A stretch of 64,000 nucleotides of DNA, taken from an uncultured archaeon. GTDB lineage: Archaea; Thermoproteota; Bathyarchaeia; Bathyarchaeales; Bathycorpusculaceae. The stretch is from the NCBI GenBank assembly GCA_963810275.1, contig CAWENF010000018.1, positions 1 to 64,000 on the forward strand, written 5' to 3'. This document shows positions 22,207-32,451 of this stretch, one piece after another; the stretch's first letter is position 1, and each line of letters starts with the position of its first letter. The notes under the pieces were generated by a model, which saw nothing but the letters and a program-made list of their open reading frames with translations, did not search any database and was not told where the DNA came from. The translations under genes and the position numbers were made by a program.

Positions 22207-22903
22207 ATGTCGTTAATACCTGAAATTTCCAGTCCGTATTTGGGCGCGTTTGCAGGGAGGACTGCTGTATGGCGTGGCGGTTTGCACTGCTTCGTGTCTA
22301 CCTGTTTTGGCGGGTTACATTGCGGGCGTCGGCTCAGGTTTCAGTGGAAGCGTTAAGATTACTTTCTTGTTCAACGGCGGCAGAGTTTTGGCTTATGCAT
22401 ATAATCGGTGCGGCTGTGGGGTTATTCGGCGGGTTGCTCACGTATTTTGTTTCGGAAGCGGCTATTTCGCCGTTTCAAGTTTATTCATCCATGGCGTTTG
22501 GCGCTGTTACCATATTGATTGGGGGTTGGCTGATTTGGAAAACCCGAAAACCCTCATGCGAATGCAACATCCCAACCACCCCAATCAACGGGAAACGGTT
22601 TGGCAGAGTAGATGCAGGCGCCTTCACCTTGGGCCTTAACACGGGGATTAGTCATTTGTCCCCCACTCATCGCACTACTCCTCTACGCCTTGCCCTTCTC
22701 AACGCCACTTGGGCACTGTGAGCATAGCTGTCCTGTTCGGCTTAGGCACAGCAATCTCACCCATGCTCATCTTAGGCGGCGTAACAGGCTGGCTCCTAAA
22801 CAAAGCACCCCTATTCCGAAAATACATCGCGATCGGAGGCGGCGCAATCCTAATCGCTCTTGGCGCAATTGCCATAGCAGAATCATTAATCCAAGTAACA
22901 TGA
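22207..22903 (+). CDS. DsbD_2 / TauE-SafE-like membrane protein (cytochrome c biogenesis TM family), multiply frameshifted
   Basis: Joined frames give MSLIPE...GGLLYGVAVCTASCLP...FNGGRVLAYA...RGLVICPPL...LFGLGTAISP. Confidence 0.75.
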
Positions 22904-22913
22904 GGAAAAATGT

Positions 22914-23900
22914 ATGGCAGTCGAATATGTAGGCGACATACTAAGGCTACTCGTACTGGGAGGTCTTGGAGCAGCAGGCGTGCTCGCTGTGCTAATCTGG
23001 AAAAAAAACTTAGCTACAAGAGTGTCTTTTCTGCGGCTAATAGTACAGTTGGTGGCGTTTGCAGCCATATTCTACGTGTTCACTTACTCAGACATAATCC
23101 CTATGCTGTTTGAGCTGCTGTTCATTTTCGGCTTAACCCTCATATTAGGTAGGTTCTTCTGTGGGTGGCTGTGTCCCTTCGGGTTAATTATGGATCTTGA
23201 AATGTATCTTAGGCGATTACTGAAAATCCGAAATCGAATCGTCCCAGACAAACTTAACATAGCCTTACACAAAGGCCGCTACCTCATCCTGCTGGTTTTC
23301 CTCTTAACACCCGCAGTACTCTACGCATTGGACCCACAGGAAATCATGGTTTCCCCAATTATGGCAAACGTGCTGGCGGGACACTACAGAGGCTACAGCA
23401 TACTGCTTGACCCCATGATACCCTTCATAGTCCCATGGACCAGCGCTCCACTCGAAGTAGGCGGCATATACCTAAGCTACCCCTACACACAAAACATAAT
23501 CACATTTACAGGCGAACAAATAGGTGTATACCTTGCCATTGCCTTTGTCGCCGCTACCCTAATCGGCAACTTCTTTGTCAGACGCCTCTGGTGCCGCTTC
23601 TGCCCCACAGGTGCATCCTTCGGAGCCCTCAACCAATTCAAGGGTTTTAAGGCACTTCCCCCGCTATATGTAGAAAAAGACGAAGAGAAGTGCACCAAAT
23701 GCGGCGTATGCAAACGTGTCTGCACTGTGCAGGTTAACGAGGTTTACGAGCAGAAGGGCGGAAAAATCGGAACATCACAATGCATTATCTGCGCTAGATG
23801 CGTAGAGATGTGCCCCTACGAGGATGCTCTTAAAATCAAGTTAGGCAAAAAAACCCTGTTCAAGTCACGAAACTGGCTTGAACCATCAACGAGTGAATGA
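22914..23900 (+). CDS. Membrane 4Fe-4S protein (NapH/MauN-like polyferredoxin)
   Basis: GRFFCGWLCPFG, RLWCRFCPTG, CTKCGVCKRVC, CIICARCVEMCP; several TM helices. Confidence 0.88.
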   Translation: MAVEYVGDILRLLVLGGLGAAGVLAVLIWKKNLATRVSFLRLIVQLVAFAAIFYVFTYSDIIPMLFELLFIFGLTLILGRFFCGWLCPFGLIMDLEMYLRRLLKIRNRIVPDKLNIALHKGRYLILLVFLLTPAVLYALDPQEIMVSPIMANVLAGHYRGYSILLDPMIPFIVPWTSAPLEVGGIYLSYPYTQNIITFTGEQIGVYLAIAFVAATLIGNFFVRRLWCRFCPTGASFGALNQFKGFKALPPLYVEKDEEKCTKCGVCKRVCTVQVNEVYEQKGGKIGTSQCIICARCVEMCPYEDALKIKLGKKTLFKSRNWLEPSTSE

Positions 23901-23910
23901 GGAAAAACAC

Positions 23911-25242
23911 ATGAAAACCGAAACCCAACAGAAAAAGTTCATGCCCGAAATATCCCAAAAAGAGATGGATGACTTAAAAGCCACCGTTACAGCGGCTTCC
24001 CAAAAAATTATAGCGGACAATATTGAACGCATGAAAAAAGCCGACCCACACCGCCCCGAAGCCATGAAGTACTTTGACGAAATCTCAAACCTCTTTGGCA
24101 AACGCCAACAAGAGATTGCGGCTGAGAAGGCTAAGGGGAAAAAAGTCATCGGCTACATGTGCCTCTTCGCCCCAACTGAGTTGATTTCGGCTGCTGATGC
24201 AATTCCTGTGCGAGTCAACTCGGGTTGGTATGATACTTCTAAACTCGGTGACCGCGTAGTCCCAGTTGAGGTTTGCCCAGTTATCCGCTCAACCATCGGA
24301 GCCAAAATGATTGAACTCTCACCATTCCTTGAGCAAAGTGACGCTCTAATTAGCGTACTCACATGTGACGGCATGACTAAACTCAGCGAAATCCTTGCCG
24401 ACCAAAAACCCGTCTGGGGAATGAACGTGCCACGAATAAAGGACAGCAAGCAGAGTTTGCGGTTCTGGAACGACGAAATCAAACACATGAAAACCCAAAT
24501 CGAGCAGTTCACAGGAAACAAAATCGATCGCAAGAAACTAAAGGAAGCCATCGGAGTTAGCCACCAAGCCACCAAAGTCTTCCGACGGTTACAGGAACTA
24601 CGAAAAGGTAACCCGGTGATTATGGGCAGAGATGCAATGCTTGTCAACCAAGCTTACAGTTGGGATGACAAGGTGCGGTGGACAGAAAAAACTGAGAAAC
24701 TATGTGAAGAGCTTGAAGCACGTGTCGCACGAAAGGATTGGGTGGTTTCGCCTGACACACCTCGGGTAATGGTTACAGGTACGCCTATGTTTTGGCCTGA
24801 CAATTGGAAACTCCCCACACTGGTTGAGGAAGGGATGCCGCAGGGAATCATTGTTGCTGACGAGCAATGCAGCGGCGAACGCATCTTAAACGACCCAATA
24901 GGAGTTGACGAGTGGTCAATGGACGATATGATTAACGCTATGAGCGAACGCTACCTCATGGCATCTACCTGTCCATGCTTTACCAGCAAAGACGGCAACG
25001 AAGACCGTATCAACTGGCTGCTAAACAAGGTCAAAGAGTGGAACGTACAAGGCGTCGTCTACTACGTTGTACGTGGCTGCATGCTCTACGCCATGGAGTA
25101 CACACGAGTTAAGAGGGCTTTGGACAAAATTAATGTTCCAGTCTACTATTTGGATACGGAATATACAAGGGAAGATGTCGGGCAAATGAAGACCCGCGTG
25201 GAAGCTTTCCTTGAAATGCTCTCGGCAAGAGTGGACATATAG
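23911..25242 (+). CDS. 2-hydroxyacyl-CoA dehydratase superfamily protein, double-cubane-cluster (DCCP)-like reductase
   Basis: RPEAMKYFD, GKKVIGYMC, VCPVIRS, TCDG, EQCSGER, TCPCFT, GCMLY, GQMKTRVEAFLEM: six Cys positions matching the DCCP pattern as recalled. Confidence 0.8.
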   Translation: MKTETQQKKFMPEISQKEMDDLKATVTAASQKIIADNIERMKKADPHRPEAMKYFDEISNLFGKRQQEIAAEKAKGKKVIGYMCLFAPTELISAADAIPVRVNSGWYDTSKLGDRVVPVEVCPVIRSTIGAKMIELSPFLEQSDALISVLTCDGMTKLSEILADQKPVWGMNVPRIKDSKQSLRFWNDEIKHMKTQIEQFTGNKIDRKKLKEAIGVSHQATKVFRRLQELRKGNPVIMGRDAMLVNQAYSWDDKVRWTEKTEKLCEELEARVARKDWVVSPDTPRVMVTGTPMFWPDNWKLPTLVEEGMPQGIIVADEQCSGERILNDPIGVDEWSMDDMINAMSERYLMASTCPCFTSKDGNEDRINWLLNKVKEWNVQGVVYYVVRGCMLYAMEYTRVKRALDKINVPVYYLDTEYTREDVGQMKTRVEAFLEMLSARVDI

Positions 25243-25253
25243 GTGAAGTATGA

Positions 25254-26036
25254 GTGATTACTGTCGGAATGGACCTTGGTACGCAACGTGTAAAAGCAGT
25301 TGTCCTCAAAGACGGCGCAGTCGCCGGACGAGGACAAAAATTATCTGGATTTGACCCAACCAAAGCAGCGGAGGAAGCAGTTGCAGACGCCCTGAAAGAG
25401 GCGAACTTGCAACTTAGCGATGTGGCTCATTTCGCCGCTACAGGCTCAGCAGTTAGCATGGCACCCTACCAGAATAGCACAGTTAGCATGATGGGCGCAG
25501 ACGCAAAAGCAGGTGTTCACCTAGTCCCAAATGCAAGAACAATCATAGATGTCGGTGCAGAGGAAGCCAGAGCGGTCAAATGTGACGAACGGGGCATAAT
25601 GACGGATTTTGTAGTCAACGAACGCTGTGCAGCTGGAGCTGGAGCGTTCATCGAAGCTATGGCACGCGCGCTGGAGGTCAAACTTGAAGACATGGGACCC
25701 CTCTCGCTTGAAGCGGAACGCGCCAGCCCAATCAACGCTTCATGCGTTATTTTCGGCGAGTCCGATGTTGTGTCACTTATTCACCGCCAAGAATCTAAAC
25801 CCGAAATAGCAAGAGCAGTTTTTGATGCCATGGCAGACAGGGTCTCATCAATGATTCACCGTCTCGGCGTAAACCCCGAAGTGGTGCTGGTGGGCGGAGT
25901 CGCCAAAGACGTAGGCTTCGTAGCGTCACTTAACCGCAAACTCAGCTTAAACGTGATAATCCCTGACAACCCCGACTACTCAGGTGCATTGGGCGCAGCA
26001 TTAATCGCAGCGACCCGCGTTAAAGGAAGCAAATAA
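25254..26036 (+). CDS. ASKHA ATPase activator subunit (BadF/BadG/BcrA/BcrD family; BzdP-like)
   Basis: GMDLGTQ, IIDVGAEEARA, NERCAAGAG, CVIFGESDV, VGGVAKD; AGGTGA SD before GTG. Confidence 0.85.
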   Translation: MITVGMDLGTQRVKAVVLKDGAVAGRGQKLSGFDPTKAAEEAVADALKEANLQLSDVAHFAATGSAVSMAPYQNSTVSMMGADAKAGVHLVPNARTIIDVGAEEARAVKCDERGIMTDFVVNERCAAGAGAFIEAMARALEVKLEDMGPLSLEAERASPINASCVIFGESDVVSLIHRQESKPEIARAVFDAMADRVSSMIHRLGVNPEVVLVGGVAKDVGFVASLNRKLSLNVIIPDNPDYSGALGAALIAATRVKGSK

Positions 26037-26037
26037 A

Positions 26038-26931
26038 ATGGCAACCAAAGAAGAGTTTTGGCGCTGGAACGAATACCACCGCGTAGTCCCAGGCATCAAA
26101 CCCACCGCTAACGACATCATAACAGCAGGCGTAGACGTTGGCTCAGTAGGCTCCAAAGCAGCAATCATGGTTAACGGGCAAGCATACGCGTGGGGCATCA
26201 CCCGCACCGGCAGCAACAGTCCCGAAAGCGCCATAAAAGCTCTAAACTTCGCCCTACAAGACACAGGCTTAAGTGTAGGCGACCTCAAATTCATCGTAGG
26301 TACAGGTTACGGACGCGTCAACGTACCCATGGCAAACAAGGCTTTAACCGAAATCGCCTGCCACGCCAAAGGCGCCAACTACATCTGGGGCCCCTCTGTC
26401 CGCACTGTACTCGACGTTGGAGGACAGGATATTAAAGCCATAAAAATCGACGAAACAGGCCGTGTCGTGTCGTTTTTGATGAACGATAAATGCGCTGCTG
26501 GCACAGGCAGAGGCATGGAAGTCTTTGCTGACCTGCTCCAAATCCCAATCGAGCAAATCGGCGACATATCCTTAAAAGTCGAGACAGAACCCGACCCCGT
26601 CAGTTGCACATGTGTAGCGTTTGCAAAAACCGAAGCCATGGGGCTATTGCGTAAAGGCTGGTCCAAAGAGAAGGTTTTAGCGGCATACACCCGGGCTATG
26701 GCAGTACGTATGGCTAACCTCATCAAACGCGTCGGTTTGGAACCCGAATTAGTCGTCACGGGAGGACAATCCAAAAACAAAGGCATAGTAACCCGAATCG
26801 AAACCATTCTGGACCTCAAATGCTTACCCTCTCCGAACTGGCGGCAAGACGGTTTAGATCCAATGGTTGCAGGTGCACTGGGCGCTGCATTATTCGGAAA
26901 AGCCCTCTATGAGAAAGCTCAGAGAAGCTAA
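26038..26931 (+). CDS. ASKHA ATPase activator subunit (BzdQ-like)
   Basis: N-terminal EFWRWNE, GVDVGSV, GTGYGR, EIACHAKGA, DVGGQDIK, NDKCAAGTGRG, CVAFA. Confidence 0.85.
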   Translation: MATKEEFWRWNEYHRVVPGIKPTANDIITAGVDVGSVGSKAAIMVNGQAYAWGITRTGSNSPESAIKALNFALQDTGLSVGDLKFIVGTGYGRVNVPMANKALTEIACHAKGANYIWGPSVRTVLDVGGQDIKAIKIDETGRVVSFLMNDKCAAGTGRGMEVFADLLQIPIEQIGDISLKVETEPDPVSCTCVAFAKTEAMGLLRKGWSKEKVLAAYTRAMAVRMANLIKRVGLEPELVVTGGQSKNKGIVTRIETILDLKCLPSPNWRQDGLDPMVAGALGAALFGKALYEKAQRS

Positions 26932-26943
26932 AGGTGAACAGAG

Positions 26944-27231
26944 ATAATTACACATCATGGCTACACGGACGGTTCAGGCGAATATTACATAATCGTGGAC
27001 TCCGACAAATGCAGCGGCTGCGCTAAATGTCTGGAGGTCTGCCCCGAATCAGCGCTTGAGTTGGTAACGGAGTTTATTGATTTAGAGGACAAAACCGTCG
27101 CCGCCGTAACCGAAGAGCACCGCAAAAAACTGCGATACACCTGCCAAGCCTGCAAGCCCGAATCAGGAAAATCGCCCTGCGTTGTGGCTTGCCCAACCCG
27201 TGCCATCCACCTCGTTTGGAACCCTTGTTAA
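26944..27231 (+). CDS. Ferredoxin (BzdM-like), probable start upstream of the called GTG
   Basis: CSGCAKCLEVCP and CQAC...CVVACP; frame is open upstream as I-I-T-H-H-G-Y-T-D-G-S-G-E-Y-Y from ATA 26944, preceded by AGGTGA. Confidence 0.8.
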   Translation: MITHHGYTDGSGEYYIIVDSDKCSGCAKCLEVCPESALELVTEFIDLEDKTVAAVTEEHRKKLRYTCQACKPESGKSPCVVACPTRAIHLVWNPC

Positions 27232-27404
27232 ATAAATTCTTATTTCTAAGAGGTTATTTTTTTCTAGTTGCCATACCATAAACCAACCTCAAACCATTTG
27301 TATTTGTCTTCGTTTAGCATTGAAAATAGTTTTGCAGGGAACCGATTTTTTCACTACAAATAAATTAAAAATAAGAAAAAGTAAGGTACAGTTGGGAAGT
27401 ACCT

Positions 27405-28376
27405 TTACATTTGGGGTTGTCTGCGCCTCAAGAGTATTAGCACTGCTACCAATACGACCGAGATAACAATCACAATGATAATGACTATTGTCAATGTAGT
27501 GAGAAGATCATTGTCGGCTGGTGGAGTTGGCGTGGAGGTGGGAGCATGAGTAGGTATTGATGTGGGTGTAGGAGAAGGACTAGTAGGAATTGCTGTTGGT
27601 GCAGGAGTTGGAGTGGAGGATGGTGCAACGTAAACGGCCACTGTAAAGTTATAGCTATCTTCAGATACAACATAGTTGGTGGAAGTGTTGTATAGGCGTA
27701 TGTTCCAATTGTAAGTTCCGTTGGAGCTAAATTTGTAGGAAATGGTATTTTCCTCGTCTGCTGTGATAGCGCTCTGGTTGTAACCTGCTAAAACTCCGTT
27801 GATAATTAGTGTGGCGCCTTCAAAAGAATCGCCGCCTATGGCGGTTGGTACGTACACGAAGCTGCAGTTTAAGTCATTGGTGACTGTGGTTCCGTTGTCG
27901 GGGGATTTGAGGCTGACAGCTACGCCGACGGGATTGGGGAGTTCAACTGTTAAGCTATAATCGTCAGGGGCATACACAGTGTTTGTGCTGTTTCGAAGAC
28001 CAATATTCCAGGTACAGGTACTGTTTTCTGAAAATTTATAATAAAGGGTATTGCTTTCGTAGGGTTTCAACGCGGTGTGGTTGGATGCAGCTATGCTTCC
28101 GTTTATAATAAGGTCTGCACCGAAGAATTTGTCGGTTCCATTAATTTTAGGCTCAAAGGTAAAGCTAACATTAAAGTCATCATCTATTGTTTCGCCGTTG
28201 ATTGGTGTAACCAGACTGACTGAGATGTTCTCCGGGTCTTGAACTTGCAGAGTAGAAATTGGACTGATTGCCTGTGCAGTCGCTGCTGGCTTGTCGTTTA
28301 TTACAAATGGGACAAAGCAGAGGCTAACTAGTAATGTTAAGGCGATTATTGTAAAGTGGACTTGCTTGGTTATCAT
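27405..28376 (-). CDS. Cell-surface protein: signal peptide, two Ig-like repeats, Pro/Thr linker, C-terminal TM anchor
   Basis: Two ~100-aa repeats (GADLIING...WNIGL / GATLIING...WNIRL), PT-rich linker, hydrophobic tail followed by RRR. Confidence 0.8.
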   Translation of the reverse strand: MITKQVHFTIIALTLLVSLCFVPFVINDKPAATAQAISPISTLQVQDPENISVSLVTPINGETIDDDFNVSFTFEPKINGTDKFFGADLIINGSIAASNHTALKPYESNTLYYKFSENSTCTWNIGLRNSTNTVYAPDDYSLTVELPNPVGVAVSLKSPDNGTTVTNDLNCSFVYVPTAIGGDSFEGATLIINGVLAGYNQSAITADEENTISYKFSSNGTYNWNIRLYNTSTNYVVSEDSYNFTVAVYVAPSSTPTPAPTAIPTSPSPTPTSIPTHAPTSTPTPPADNDLLTTLTIVIIIVIVISVVLVAVLILLRRRQPQM

Positions 28377-28685
28377 ATGCGTAATTCAGCATATTTGGTA
28401 TTTATAATTTTCTAACGGTAAATAAGGTCTTTTAGAGTAAAAGCGGCAAAATTTCGAGGCTATAGAAGCTATTGAGTTTTTTCTTGAGCATTTTACATGC
28501 TATGCTTAAATTTTAGCACAGCTTTACCGGTAAAAACAGCTAAGCACAGCCACTTTTATGTTTACTGCGTTTTTGTTGTACAGAATCAAGAATAAGGTAT
28601 AAAGATATTATTTGCAGATTCGCTAGCATTATATACACAAAACACTGTATTGAGTTGTCAGATATGTGGGGGTAGAATATTAAAA

Positions 28686-29244
28686 ATGGCAAAAAATCCT
28701 CAATCTAAAGATGAGGCTCTCGAAGCATTAGATTTCATAGTTAATGTATTGAAAGAGCATGAGCGTGACTTGGATAAACTCATAAGCGAATTAGCCACCG
28801 TAACCGAACAGATAGGCGAAACTGGAGAACTCGCAGGCAAAGTGGATAAAGTTGAAGAAAAAATCAGCAATTTGCAAAAAGAAATCGCAGGCTTAACAGG
28901 TGTTGTCTCAAATGCGCCCAAACAGCTGCCAGCAACATTTCCGCAGCCAGCTCAACCGCAAATGCCTCGACGCTACGCAGCTAATCTCCGCCTCTCCATC
29001 GGTTATGCTTAACTGCCAAAATTGGGAGGACTTCCAAAAGTTAGCTACAGGGACACAGACGGTTTCGTTTAACTACAAAGAAGACACAAAAATTTTAGAA
29101 GCCTACGCAATCCGCGGAAAACAGATAGTTCGGTTCTCCGGTCCATTGCCCAAGTTTTCAGTTGTTCTAAAATCCTATTTGTCTAAAGAGTTAGGTGTCT
29201 CAGAGCAGTGTATCCTTGAAGGATCTCTTGCATTGGGGCAGTGA
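28686..29244 (+). CDS. Hypothetical protein with N-terminal coiled coil (one frameshift)
   Basis: MAKNPQSKDEALEALDFIVNVLKEHERDLD (frame of 28650..29012) continues as LNCQNWEDFQKLA...EGSL (frame of 28900..29244). Confidence 0.65.
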
Positions 29245-29574
29245 TTCTTTAGACAGAATCCATATTTTAGGGTTGTATTCTCTCTTCATAAACGTTATAG
29301 CTTGGTCCGCATATACGTATGGCTGGTAGTGATTGGAGAGACCAGGTTAAGGTTGAAGGCTAAACTCTTAGCTAAATCAATCTTTTCCGTTTTCGAAGCC
29401 TTCTCCTTTCTCCTCGAACAACGGGTAGTTAAGAGCGCGCCAATACACTTAACCCGTCTCCACCACTACACAAAACTTCTGAAACCGAAAACAAAAAAGC
29501 ACTTCACAAACCGGAGCCTATTGTTTGGCGGTATATATTTATCAGAGAGAACTAATTTGATATGAACATTCTAT

Positions 29575-29659
29575 GCAGGGGTCGCCAAGCCAGGTCAAAG
29601 GCGTAGGCTTCAGGAGCCTATCCCGCAGGGGTTCGTGGGTTCGAATCCCACCCCCTGCA
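29575..29659 (+). tRNA. tRNA-Leu(CAG), intronless, CCA not encoded
   Basis: Acceptor GCAGGGG/CCCCTGC+A, anticodon arm TAGGC-TT-CAG-GA-GCCTA, long variable arm CCC-GCAG-GGG, T-arm GTGGG-TTCGAAT-CCCAC; upstream TATATATTTA. Confidence 0.96.
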
Positions 29660-30286
29660 CTTCATAGATAAGTCTATCTGCAACTTTGTGTAAGTCTAAA
29701 CATTTCAGCAGATAGACCTTTTATTGGTGCTCTTGGCAGAATAAGGCGGCTACTGTGTACTGAAGCTCTCGAAAACACATAGCCACTAAGGTCAGTAGTT
29801 GGATTTCCGAAGATTATGCAGCGTTTACGGTTAAGCCATCTTCTTCAAAGTTGCCGCCTCTTACTTGGAGAATTGGTCGCCACAAATTTTTCGGAGATCT
29901 GGAATTAACGCTTCTTTTCGCAGAATCCGAAGATTTTGATAAACTAAGGTTCGTTGCTATCAGAAAAATTTTTGTAGCCTATTCTTCCGATTTGAATCTT
30001 ATACCTCAATGATTCCATCCTTGATTACACCTAAAATTATCTTACAACAAAAAGTTAAAGGAATTCTGCCTATCATGGAAATTTTGCAATGACCACTCCA
30101 AAGAATTTACTAACAGAACCAAAACGGAAACTAATCAAAAATATCAAAGCTAAAGTTAATGACAGAGTATATTTCGGAAAAAGCCATAACTAACAAGTAA
30201 AATACGGTATGTCCGATTTTGTACTGTTATTTTTACTTAAGTTTAAATGTAATTTTTTACCATTTAATTTACATAGAGGTTTTTTC

Positions 30287-31863
30287 TTGGCCGAGCCTAA
30301 AGATGTAGCACAAGAAGCGATCAGACTAAGCGAGGAACAATTTAGAAAAGCCATACAAGAAGCGCCCATTCCAACCATTATGCAGGCTGAAGATGGTCAG
30401 GTGCTTCAAATAAGCCGCTCTTGGACAGAATTAACCGGCTACAAACTTGCTGATATTCCTACATTTGATCGATGGCTAACAAGCGTTGTTTATGATGACA
30501 CTCATGCTGTTAGAGATCAAATGAATGAACTTTTTAAGGGATCTAAGCGCTCAGTAAATGTAAATTTTTCTGTATGCACCCATGATAAGGGTGTTAGGGA
30601 TTGGAGTTTTAGCGCCTCTTCACCGGGCACTTTGATTGATGGCAGACGCTTCATAATTGGAATGGCAGTGGACATAACTGAACGCAAGAAAGCTGAAGAA
30701 GCCTTTCTAAAATCAAAAGAGCTAATTGAGGCTCAAAGAAAACGGTTAGAAACCATCTTAGAGACTTCTCCTTCGGCGATAGTCATCCTCGAAGCACCAA
30801 ACGGGAAAATCTCTTATATTAATAAACGAGCTTTGGAGCTTTATGGTTTTGACACAGTTAAATTAAATCTATTAGAACATATTGCCGCAGTTAAAGCAAG
30901 AAAACTCAATGGTTCAGAATACCCAGCTTGGGAAGTTCCTGCGGCTAAGGCATTAAAAGGTCAAGTAGTACGCAACGAAGAACTGATAATAAAGCAGGCA
31001 AATGGAAAGGAAATACCAGTAGTTGTAAGCGCAGCACCAATATACAATAAGGACAATGTGGCATCAGCGATTGCAATATTTGAAGATATTACAGAGCGCA
31101 AGAAAACTGAGCAGGTGCTTCGTAAAAGTGAGGAAAAAATCAAAGAGTATGCTAATAACCTTGAGAAGATTGTTGCAGAACGCACTAAAGAGCTCAAAGA
31201 GTCAGAAAGGTTAGCAGCCATCGGCGCCACGGCAGGCATGGTTGGGCATGATATTCGCAATCCCTTGCAGGCTATTGTTGGGGATATCTATCTTCTAAGT
31301 GATGTCTTATTGGATTTGCCCGAGGGCAAAATGAAACAAGAAGTTCGTGAGAGTTTAGAAAATATCGGCGCAAATATCAACTACATTAATAAGATTGTTG
31401 CTGACCTGCAGGACTACGCAAGACCCATAACTCCTGAAATAAAAACACTAAACCTCTACGAACTAGTTACTACTTGTTTTGGGCCAATTGAAATTCCAGA
31501 TGAAATCAAGCTATACCTTGATATTGATGTTTCTTTGTGGTTAAGAACAGATGAAACACTTCTTAGACGTATAATTTCTAATCTTGTAACTAATGCTTTA
31601 CAAGCTATGCCAAATGAAGGTTCACTATCAATTAAAGCAAGTCAAAGTGAAGATGTGATTTTGGTTACTATCGAAGACACGGTATGGGTATACCTGAGTC
31701 GTTTAAGTCCAAGTTGTTTACACCTATGATGACTACTAAATCTAAAGGTCAAGGGTTAGGTTTGGCAGTTGTAAAAAGACTGGTTGAGGTACTAAAAGGC
31801 ACAATCAGCTTTGAGAGCCAAGAGGGTAAAGGAACAAAATTCATAATCAAACTACCTGCTTAG
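30287..31863 (+). CDS. Cytoplasmic PAS-PAS sensor histidine kinase (frameshift near 31680)
   Basis: Two PAS/PAC ends (VDITERKKAE, EDITERKKTE), H-box GHDIRNPL, N-box NLVTNALQAM; the alternate frame supplies G.GIP, FTP..TTKSKGQGLGL, GKGTKF to TAG 31863. Confidence 0.88.
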
Positions 31864-32451
31864 CAGTTCTCACTTCCACAGAATTAACTGGCGCTAAAAG
31901 CAAAAAAGCCCTCTTCTTCTCAGAAGCCCCAGTTTTCAGAGCTGTTCAAGCAATTTATCGAATCTCCAGTACTAAATAATATAGATTATTAAGTTGGGTA
32001 GAACAACAACAAGTAGAATTTTTTGGATGTTGTTGTTCTCTCACAAGCCCCAATTTTATAAGCTTTTGACGAATCGCCTCTTCCGTATATTCCCCATCAA
32101 AACTAAACGCTAAAACACCAAAATCAATTATCCCCGAACTAAACCAATCCCTGAGTTTTCACTCATTATCATAGGCCAATGTTTACCTTTCGTCAGGTCT
32201 TCTGCTCCATAAACAATCCAATTTCTGCGCCCCAATATCCTCAATAGAGGCAACGGCCAAGCATAATCCCCACCCATGCTTGCTTTAAACAGGCACGAGT
32301 AGATTTTGACTTTTTTTCGGAAGCTCTTAGAGAACCATTAACGAGACAACTGCCCAGACCAAAAAGTATGGAAAGAGGCAAAGGAATAAGCTGATAAACC
32401 ATAGCACAAGATGGATCTCAGTTTATTTAAAACCAAATAAACAACACTAAG

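Noticed and set aside
32263-32280. AATCCCCACCCATGC as an attR copy of the tRNA-Leu 3' end
   Set aside because: The match is short and imperfect, and no integrase is present.
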